The notes below the pieces were generated by a model. That model saw only the letters and a program-made list of their open reading frames with translations, was not told the DNA's origin and made no database searches. Position numbers and translations under genes: made by a program. DNA of 64,000 bases. Source: Mobula hypostoma (taxonomy: Eukaryota). Shown piece by piece: positions 14,501-24,347 of this stretch (its first letter is position 1; the number at the start of each line of letters is the position of its first letter). Where the stretch lies: assembly GCF_963921235.1 (NCBI RefSeq), contig NC_086101.1:3722001-3786000 (forward strand), given 5' to 3'.

Positions 14501-14790
14501 TTGACGAGATTTACAACAGTCTTTGTACACCACGGTTCCTGTACCCTACCATCCTTTCCCTGTCGCTTTGGAATGTACCTATGCACAACCTCTCACAAAT
14601 AGCCCCTGAACATTTGCCACGTTTCTTCCGTACGTTTCCCTGAGTACATCTGTTTCCAATTTATGCTTCTAAGTTCCTGCCTGATAGCCTTATAGTTCCC
14701 CTTACTCCAATTAAACGTTTCCCGAGGTTCTCTGTTCCTATCTCTCTCCAATGCTATGGTAAAGGAGATAGAACTGTGATCACTATCAAA
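11510..14790 (-). mobile_element. CR1 LINE (ORF2 EN-end/RT), interrupted by an oppositely oriented CR1
   Basis: ORFs 12849-13628, 13856-14053 and 14235-14483 are CR1 ORF2. The 3' end at 11510-11755 resumes at 12957 (acttacccctgacat|ctcctctgtacc; compare the uninterrupted copy at ~29250). Confidence 0.9.
11756..12956 (+). mobile_element. 5'-truncated CR1 nested in another CR1
   Basis: ORFs 11786-12043 and 12422-12883 (RT C-terminus); (ttctatg)n-type tail at ~12930-12956. Confidence 0.9.
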
Positions 14791-14879
14791 ACACTGTTGA
14801 GACTTTATAAAACAGTGGTGACCCCGCCTCTTTAAGGCCCTCCAATATTCACTCACCTCCTCATCTGGATCCAATTGTT

Positions 14880-15030
14880 GCTCCACCCATCCCCCACACC
14901 AGTTTGTTCCGGTTATCTCCCAGCTTTCTTTCCATCCTTGAGGAATGATCTCGACCTGAAACATCGACTGACCATCCCCCTGCACACATGCTGTCTGACC
15001 CGCTGAGTTCCTCCGGCATTTTCTGTGGTG
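14880..15030 (+). mobile_element. Degraded Penelope-like pseudo-LTR
   Basis: tctcgacctgaaacatcgactg...atgctgtctgacccgctgagttcctccggcattttctgtg matches the pLTR consensus seen at 29490, 32290 and 47640. Confidence 0.65.
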
Positions 15031-15204
15031 ATCGGGAAAACTCCGCTCTCCATCACGGAAGAAAAACCTCGGGAATATACTGGTTGTCCATCTGCGGTAG
15101 TTGGGGAAAACCCCGGGAAAGGATCCTGTCGCCCATCTGACTGTGCCGCTGAGCCTCTCCCCCCGGTCCCGGGAACTCTCTAATTCTCTGCTTCTCCCCC
15201 GCAG

Positions 15205-15737
15205 TCTCTGTCACCCTGGATGTGGAAACGGCGAGTCCGTGTCTCGAAGTGTCTGAGGATCGGAAAAGTGTGAGAAACACCGGGACCTGGAGGGATCTTC
15301 CTGACACCGGGAAGAGGTTCACACACTGGATTTGTCTGCTCGGGTCAGAGGGATTCACATCGGGGAGACATTACTGGGAGGTGGAGGTGACGGGGAATCG
15401 GTGGTGGGGTCTGGGAGTCGCCGCAGAGTCTGTGGAGAGGAAGGGAGCGGTCAGACTGAGTCCGGAGACCGGATTCTGGATCATCGAGCGGCATAATGGC
15501 AAGATGAAGGCTTTCAGCTCCCCTGAGTCCCATCTCCCCGCCGGTCCCATCCCCGGCAGGGTGGGAGTTTATCTCAGTTACCAATCCGGGACAGTTTCAT
15601 TTTACAACGTGGAGACCAAGACCCATCTCCACACCTTCACTGGGAATAAATTCACGGAGAAACTTTATCCTTTACTCGGGGTTGCGGATAAAAACCAGTG
15701 GCTGAGAATCTGCTCCGGTTCCGCTCCGGGTCTGTAA
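15205..15737 (+). CDS. Terminal coding exon of a TRIM-like (or butyrophilin-like) gene: B30.2/PRY-SPRY domain
   Basis: Branch-like ctctaat (15178-15184), polypyrimidine tract and AG acceptor at 15203-15204. Phase-1 entry (x)TC TCT GTC ACC CTG GAT gives SVTLDVETASPCLEVSEDRKSV..GFTSGRHYWEVEV..WGLGVA..GFWII..RVGVYLSY..VSFYN..HLHTF..FTEKLYP. Open to TAA at 15735-15737. Confidence 0.93.
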
Positions 15738-15802
15738 TCGGGTCGGGTCCCGAGACCGGCCTCAGCAGTAAGTCAATGTAAATATAAATGTGAGGATACT
15801 GA

Positions 15803-15808
15803 AATAAA
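15803..15808 (+). promoter_or_regulatory. Candidate polyadenylation signal of the B30.2 gene
   Basis: AATAAA about 65 nt after the stop codon, immediately followed by a CR1 insertion. Confidence 0.45.
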
Positions 15809-15814
15809 CACAAT

Positions 15815-18295
15815 GTGAGAATTATCGTTATGGGGGATTTCAACATGCAGGGAGACTGCAGGAATCAGGTTGGTACTGGACCCCAAGAAAGGGAGTTTGT
15901 GGGGTCCCTCCGAGATGGATTCTTAGAACAGCTTGTACTGGAGCCTACCAGAGAGAACGCAATTCTAGATTCAGTGTTGTGCAATGAACCGGATTTGATC
16001 AGGGACCTCGAGGTAAAGGAGCCATTAGGAGGTAGTGACCTTAATATGTTAAGTTTTAATCTACAATTTGAGGGGGGGGGGGAAGGGAAACTCGGAAGTG
16101 TCAGTATTACAGTTGAACAAAGGGAACTATGGTGCTATGAGGGAGGAGCTGGCCAAAGTTCAATGGAACAATACCCTAGCAGGGATGACAGTGGAACAAC
16201 AATGGCAGGTATTTCTGTGAATAATGCAGAAGGTGCAGGATCAGTTCATTCCAAAGAGGAAGAAAGATCCTAAGGGGAGTAAGGGGAGGCCGTGGCTGAC
16301 AAGGGAAGTAATGGACAGTATAAAAATAAAAGAGAAGAAGTATAACATAGCAAAGATGAGTGGGAAGCTGAAGGATTGGGAAACTGTTAAAGAGCAACAG
16401 AAGGTAACTAAAAAGGCAATACGCAGAGAATATAAAGGAGGAAAGTAAAATCTTCTTTAGGTATGCGAAAAGGAAAAAAATAGTTAAGACCAAAATTGGG
16501 CCCTTGAAGACAGAAACGGGTGAATTTATTATGGGGAACAAGGAAATGGCAGACGAATTGAACAGGTACTTTGGATCTGTCTTCACGAGGAAAGACACAA
16601 ACAATCTCCCAGATATAATAGTGGCTGAAGGACCTAGGGTAATGGATGAACTGAAGGAAATTTATATTAGGCAGGAAATGGTGTTGGATAGACTGTTGGG
16701 ACTGAAGGCTGATAAGTCCCCGGGACCTGATGGTCTGCATCCCAGGGTACTTAAGGAGGTGGCTTTAGAAATCGTGGACGCATTGGTAATCATTTTCCTA
16801 TGTTCTATAGATTCAGGATCAGTTCCTGTGGATCGGAGGGTGGCTAATGTTGTCCCTCTCTTCAAGAAGAGAGGAAGAAAGAAAACAGGGAATTATAGAC
16901 CGGTTAGCCTGACGTCGGTGGTGAGAAAGATGCTGGAGTCAATTATAAAAGATGAAATTACGACACATCTGGATAGCAGTAACAGGATCGGTCCGAGTCA
17001 GCATGGATTTACGAAGGGGAAATCGTGCTTGACTAATCTTCTGGAATTTTTTGAGGATGTAACTATGAAAATGGACAAGGGAGAGCCAGTGGATGTAGTG
17101 TATCTGGACTTTCAGAAAGCCTTTGATAAAGTCCCACATAAGAGATTAGTGGGCAAAATTGGGGCACATGGTATTGGGGGCAGAGTACTGACATGGATTG
17201 AAAACTGTCTGGCTGACAGAAAACAAAGAGTAGCGATTAACGCGTCCCTTTTGGAATGGCAGGCGGTGACCGGTGGGGTACCGCAGAGTTCAGTGCTGGG
17301 ACCGCAGCTGTTTACAATATATATTAATAATTTAGATGAGGGAATTAAAAGTAACATTAGCAAATTTTCCGATGACACAAAGCTGGGTAGCAGTGTGAAA
17401 TGTGAGGAGGATGTTCTGAGATTGCAGGGTGACTTGGACAGGCTGGGTGAGTGGGCAGATGCATGACAGATGCAGTTTAATGTGGATAAATGTGAGGTTA
17501 TCCACTTTGGTGGTAAGAACGGGAAGGCAGATTATTATCTAAATGGAGTCAAGTTAGGAAAAGGGGAAGCACAACGAGATCTGGGTGTTCTTGTACATCA
17601 GTCACTGAAAGCAAGCATGCAAGTACAGCAGGCAGTGAAGAAAGCTAATGGCATGCTGGGCTTCACAACAAGGGGAATTGAGTATAAGAGCAAAGAGGTC
17701 CTTCTGCAGCTGTACAGGGCCCTGGTGAGGCCACACCTGGAGTACTGTGTGCAGTTTTGGTCTCCAAATTTGAGGAAGGACATTCTTGCTATTGAGGGAG
17801 TGCAGCAAAGGTTAACAAGGTTAATTCACGGTATGGCGGGACTGTCATATGTCGAAAGATTGGAGCGACTGGGCTTGTATACTCTGGAATTTAGAAGGCT
17901 GAGAGGGGATCTTATTGAAATATATAAGGTTATTAAGGGTCTGGACACGCTGGAGGCAGGAAGCATGTTCCCGCTGATGGGTGAGTCCAGAACCAAAGGC
18001 CACAGTTTAAGAATAAGGGTTAGGCCATTTAGAACGGAGTTGAGGAAAAACTTTTTCACCCAGAGAGTGGTGGATATGTGGAATGCTCTGTCCCAGAAGG
18101 CTGTGGAGGCCAAGTCTCTGGATGCTTTCAAGAAAGAGATGGATAGAGTTCTTAAAGATAGCGGAATCAAAGGTTATGGGGATAAGGCAGGAACTGGATA
18201 CTGATAGTGGATGATCAGCCATGATCACAGTGAATGGCGGTACTGGCTCGAAGGGCCGAATGGCCTACTCCCGCACCTATTGTCTATTGTCTATT
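15815..18295 (+). mobile_element. Young 5'-truncated CR1 LINE (ORF2 EN C-terminus + RT)
   Basis: IIVMGDFN..AILDSVLCN..GGSD, then RT ORFs 16504-17466 and 17470-18204 separated by a single TGA; (ctattgt)n tail at 18277-18295. Confidence 0.95.
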
Positions 18296-18499
18296 ATCCA
18301 TCCATTAATATTAACTCGTTCAACGGAACAGAAACACTGCGGATTCAGCAGTAGCCGCGGGCGGCGGGTCCGGAGCTCCCCGGCTCCCCCGGGTGCTAAA
18401 GTCCACTCGCACCGGGACAGGTGAAGTGGGACAAGTAGTGGTGGTGCTGACTGGGAGAGGGAGGTCAGGGTGACTCTTGGGGAGATGGAACATGTGGCG

Positions 18500-20135
18500 G
18501 TGGTAACAGGCTGGAGAATCTCAGCGTGTCAGGCAGCATATCCAGAGGGAAATGGATAATTGATGTTTTGGCTCGATGTCCTTCCACTGGACTGAAAGTG
18601 AGAGCAGAGATGACCGGTGTAGGACGGTGGAGGGAAAGCCAGGGTAAGAGCTGGCAGGTGAGGGGATGATAGACACCTGAGGGAGGGGTGGAGTGTGGAA
18701 ATGTGTCAGAAGCTGGGAGGTCGCAGTGACAAAGATGATGGGCAGATGGAGAGGGTGGGTGAGGAGGGTAAAATGCTGGAAGCATTCAGCCGGTTAGTCA
18801 CAGTCCATGGAGTTCGTATTTCACACCAATTATCTCTCCCGAAATCTCCATCTATCACCTGTCACTTTGTCCTTCTTCCTCCCCTCCCCTCACCTTCTTA
18901 TCCTGACGTTTCCCCTTCCTTTCCTGTCCTGATGAAGGGTCTCAGCCTGAAACTTCGACTGTTTACACTTCTCCATAGACGCTGCCTGACCTGCTGAGTT
19001 CCTCCAGCATTTTGTGTGTGTTGCTCTGGATTTCCAGCATTAACAGAGCTTCTGGTGTTTTTGATTCAAACACTGCCCGACCTGCTGCATATTTGATTAC
19101 GTTATCGACTGGACACTGCATCAAAGGTTATGGGGAGTGGGGCTGAGGTGGGATAAAGGATCAACTATAATTAACTGGTGGAGCAGATTCAATGGGCCAA
19201 TTGGCCTAATTATGCTCCTATGTCTAATGCTCTTATGGTCTTTCAGGTATTTCCTGCTTTTGGTTTGTTTTTTTTTTGACCATCTGCCGCGAGAGATTCT
19301 GCAGCTGCTGGAAATCCTGACTAACACACATAATATGCTGGGGTATCTCAGCAGGTCAGGCAGCATCTATGGAGGGGATGTTTCGGGCTGCGAGCCATTA
19401 TCAGAACTGGAAAGGAAGTGGGGAGAAGCCAGAATGAGGGTGGGGAGTGGGGAAGGTGTACAAGCTGGCAGGTGATCAGTGAGGGGGCCGGGTGGGGGAG
19501 GGGGATGAAGTAAGAAGGTGGGAGGTGATAGGTGGAAGAGGTGAAGTGCTGAATAAGGTGTCTGATTGGAGTGGACCAGGGGAGAGAGGGAAGGTGGACG
19601 GGCACCAGAGGAAATGATAGGCAGTTGAAGAGAAGAGGATGGCTGAGTGGGTAATCAGAATGGGGAATGCAAAATGAGGAAGTGGGAGAAGTTATCTGAG
19701 GTTGGAGAAATCGATGTTCGTGTCACCAGTTGGAGATGACCCAGATAGAATATGAGGTGTTGTTCCTCCAACCTGACTGCGGCCTCGTTACAGCAGTAGA
19801 GGACCACCGTGTCAGAATGGGAATGAGAAACTAAATCGAAATCGCCGATCTCTGAGAAATCGTGCATTTTGAGGTGGTGGAGTGAAAGTGCTGTACGAAG
19901 CAGTCCCTCCATCTACGTTGGGCTTTACCGATGTCTCGGAGGCCGCCCGGATACAGTGGATGAGACTAACAGACTCACAGGTGAAGTGTTCCTCACTTTT
20001 GGGCCCTCAATGGTGGTGAGGGAGGAGGTGTAGACTTGTCCCACTCGCAGGAGTAAGTGCCAGGTGGGAGATCAGTGGAGAGTGACGAGTGGAAAAGGGA
20101 GTGGAATGGAGAGCGATCCCTACGGAAAGTGGTGG
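18500..20135. mobile_element. Penelope-like element cluster: pLTRs in both orientations plus a GIY-YIG endonuclease remnant
   Basis: pLTRs at ~18505-18760 (-), ~18830-19050 (+) and ~19295-19650 (-). The minus strand of 19655-20000 encodes HFTCESVSLIHCIR.. and ..RLEEQHLIFYLGHLQ, typical of the PLE GIY-YIG C-terminus. A short CR1 3' end lies at ~19120-19240. Confidence 0.8.
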
Positions 20136-20177
20136 AAAATATCCCGACGGGAATCTGATGTTCTGCTATTGAGCGAT

Positions 20178-20312
20178 ACGGCAGCCAAGTGGTTTGTAGA
20201 ATCGCCTTACAGCGCCAGCAATCATTGATCATCGTTCGATTCCCGACATTGTACGTTCTTTCTGTAATCATGTACTTTTCCTCTGGTTGTTCCGGTTTCC
20301 TCCCACATTCCA
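20178..20312 (+). mobile_element. tRNA-head SINE
   Basis: B-box-like gttcgattccc followed by the tccggtttcctcccacattccaa core; paralogous to 44936, 50842 and 55210. Confidence 0.65.
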
Positions 20313-22433
20313 ACAACAGAATGGGCAGATTCTGATGTTTGGTGTCCGCACCGACCTGGGATCACCGGCAGGCTCGGATGCACAATCCAGGATTCCGAGG
20401 GAAAAGGACAGGAGAGAGAGAGAGAGTGCAAACCGATTGGTCACTGGGGATTTTCGTGTTGACTGTGTGTACAAACTGGGGTTGTAAATTGCACTAATAG
20501 TCAGGTTAATTATCCAATAAATTCATCTGTTAATAGAATACTACCTCAATAAACACTATTTAACATTATTGTTGAGGAATTGATTTAAATGGTTGACAGC
20601 ACACGGACTGTAGCAGCTTAAGTCGCTCATGTGGAAACTTAGAAACAAAGAAAACCTACAGCACAATATAGGCCCTTCGGCCCACAAAGTTGTGCCGAAC
20701 ATGTGCCTACCTTAGAAATTATTAGGCTTACCTATGTAGCCCCCCTGGCCACCGTCAGATTCACTCGGCTCGCTGTCGTCCAGGGAAACAGCCCTCGGCC
20801 CCGCCAAACTGGGTAATTAGTTTGTGTGGATACTGTGTGATGTACCCCACCCTGCCCAAATAACAGACAATGCACCAGATACGATTAAATGATTTACAGT
20901 TTATAGATAATACTGGAACTATATAATTGATAGAGACTAAAATATAAAAGGAAAATAAAAGACGCCCCACTTATCAAAGTTGAACAGTTGGAGCTCAAGA
21001 ACCTTCTTCTTCACCCTGCGACCCCTCGGACCACCTCGACCGGCCGCCTGGGACCAACAACGGTGGTCGACCAGACGCTCCACACGAGTCCGTCTCCGTC
21101 TCCTCTCCTCGCCGAATGCCCCGCTTGGGGTCCAACCCCGTTAGCGGACTCACAGCACCCGGTCCATTCTCTGTCTCTCTGTCCCGTCTTCTCCCCCAAA
21201 ACCCGCGCATACAATATCTTACAGATTCACCAAAAACATAACAACTATCCCAATTGGTTCATAACACCTTCTTATCAGTAACGTGATTCAACAAACTGCT
21301 AGCGGGAGGGCTTTCTCAGCATTTAACATAACAAAGAAGCCATTTTAGTTAGCCTACGCAGTAACATAAAAGACGAAACCCCCTTACACTCTCCCCCGGC
21401 CAAACAAAATCCTGTCCTCATGACTTCTAAATAACTCGCCAACCAGTCCTACAGACACACAACACACACATACACAGATACACACAGTGACAGTGCTCCC
21501 CAAACAGTGGACCTTCCGCCCGTACACGGGCGCTACATAGGCCAAACTATTTGAGGGCTTCCTAATCCTGCGAGACCTCCGTACCCCCTCACCTAAACCC
21601 TAAAGGTTCAGACACTACTAGGGATACCTCCTGCCTGCTTGCCAACTCCTCTCTCACTCAGGTCACCATTACAACTCGGAGCCCCCTGTCCCGTGTCCGG
21701 GGCCCCGCTCCTTTTCCTTCCTGATCCTGCCGTAACTCAGACTGCCCACAACTAGCCCTCCCCACTACACCTGACTCAGTGGGAGAAGGGCCAAAGGTCT
21801 CGTCCTCAATCACAGAAAAGTTAGCGAAAGGCAGTAGGTACCACAGGTCCAGCACATCATCCTTCGAATCCGTATCCTTCCTCATTCCCTCGCTCGGTAG
21901 CTGCTGGTTAAGTTTCTCCAAACTGAAACATTTAGCCGGGGCTACCCCTTCAGCCTCCTGCAGTCGAGACGTCACTTCTTCGGGGACTCCTTCAACTCTC
22001 GCCACAGCCTCCGCAGTTCTGACTCACGGTTCCTGGCCATCTCAATCTGGGACGCAGTTACCCCACCAGCTTCTCCCACCCTGATCTGAAAAGCAGCAGC
22101 TCAGCCTCCGGTTGTTTTCTTCCTGATGACGTCTTCCAGGTCAACTTTCAGTTTTTCCACTTCATTTAAGCTGTCAATAGTCATCTTCAGGTTCCTTTCA
22201 AGCGTCCGCCTCCCTTTTCCGAGATCTGTCCTCCATTTCTTCACCTCCTCGGGAGTGCAGTCAAACTCCCCTCCCTGGGCTCTCGGTTTTCTGTTAGCTT
22301 TAATCAGAACACTTCCTTGATCTTCCCCAACTTGTAAGTCTTCCAATCTTTTCGAAATCGAAGTCTTGAGTTTCTGCTGATCCTTTCGAAGGTGTGTCAT
22401 TGTTTCTTCTCGCTGGATTAATTCGTCAGTACA

Positions 22434-23726
22434 TCACCGCAGTGTCGGCTCGGAATTCCGTTGCTCCTTCTCCACGTTGACGAGCGTGAATTCCAAGTCT
22501 GCAATGGTCGTCCCACAAGTGCGGCACTCAGTCTCCGGCCGGCATTTCTGAGCACTCAGTTCAGCGGTGCAAATCCCCTCTCTTCCCTGTGTCTCATTCA
22601 GATTGACGACCTGGGTTTCCATCCCCCGGTCCACCACCGTCTGTCCCAACACCGGGAAGTTCAACTGGTATGTCGGGTCATTTTTCTCACATAGCACCAA
22701 ACTCCTCCGGCCAAAAACTCCTCCACATGTGACACTTCGCTTCTGTCGCCGGGGCTCAGCCACTCGCCTCGCCTCATAGTCCCCCCAGGCGAATCCAAGC
22801 TCTAGGTGGTCATCCACATACACCAAAACTCCACACTCCTTCACTTCCCCCATGGTCTTCCTCATGCCCCGCGGGAAGGATGCAGGGGCTCCGGATATGC
22901 CCTTGAGCATCTTTTCCGATCGGAATAATCCTAGGGATCTAATAACGGCCGTCTTCGGCTCGACAGCCGCACTCCTCGGGATCCGGTAACATCCACTCCT
23001 CAGATCCAGCACATTAAACCACGTCGCATAATCCACACAAACGCTGCCTTCATCTTCCACGGCGCCAGGGTCCAGTCGCCGCGACCTCTCTCTCACTGAG
23101 GTGTTTTCAGCGGTCAACTCCCCTCCCTCGTGGTAGTTCGGAATGTCTACTAAGAGGGTCTCACCCTCAGCTACTTTTCCCAGATCGTACCACCGCCGGG
23201 TCTCGTTGAAATTCGGTACCGGCTCAAGGCTGCTACACACGTCCTCAGAAGCAACTCGACACGCTGGGTGCCCAGACAATGCCCCCATGAACTCCAGGGT
23301 CATTAACCAATCATCGTCTTCTGGAAAACTACTGGCACTGGTACCCAAAGTCTCCGGTGCCCTTGCGGTTGTGAAGGGTAAATGCTTCAGGCACCGGTTG
23401 TAAAACGAACTGTACAACAACTTGACCTGTGCCCCGGGGTCGAGGATAGCTTTAGCATCGCTTCCCTCTATCTGTAACAACACCCTGGGGCGTGGTCCCT
23501 CTAAGCCTTCAGGAAAATGGACTATTCCTTTCGGATGTTCATTGGTACATTGCTGGGAACGTGCTTCCCCAGAGACCCCAAGCCGTTCCCCCACTGAGCC
23601 TTCGCTAAGTTTTCCGACACCTCTCTGATCAGCTGAACAACTGAAGGAGGGGCTGATCCCCTTAAATGATCCCCCTGGCACTGCAAGCAATTTACTTGCC
23701 CCCCCCCCCCCAGCCAGAGAAGACAC
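22434..23726 (-). pseudogene. Gypsy pol-derived 430-aa ORF (protease + partial RT + coiled-coil-like tail)
   Basis: Protease active site reads DPG rather than DTG/DSG; RT motifs are compressed by deletions; no RNase H or integrase is recognisable. Confidence 0.75.
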
Positions 23727-24347
23727 ACTGACAACTTTCCCCCCTCTTTCAAATAACTGACAGCTGTCACTACGGTGTAAGTGAACCTGACAGCTCCAAC
23801 ACCGTCACCAGCCCGCCTACTCAATCTTTCAACCAATCCCTGTCGCTGTCCCTCAACCGAGCACTGCCACTCATCTAACAACTGAGAGATCCACTCCGCC
23901 CATGTCTCGCACGCCTCCGCCCCTGTTGAGGTGGACACTATCCCAAGCGCCAGGCAGAGCCTGCCAGAGCTAGAACATTTATTCACAGACACTACCTCCA
24001 AATCAGACCACTCTTTCCTCTCTCTCCCAACCGCATGGACAGCCCTGAGTGCCACGTCCAACTCGTCAATGCCAGCCTGAACTCGAACAAAGACCGCACC
24101 CACCACGCATACAGCAATCACCAGCAAACAGAGACACACATTACAGATTTAAACAGGGTACCCACGCAGCATACCAGTTGACCCAATCCCGGACAAAGCC
24201 CACACAATGTAGCCCCCCTGGCCACCCTCATGGTCGTTCGCTCTCTGTCGTCCACGGAAACAGGCCTCGGCCCCGCCAAACTGGGTAATTAGCTTGTGTG
24301 GATGCTGTGTGATGTACCCCACCCCGCCCAAATAACAGACAATGCAC

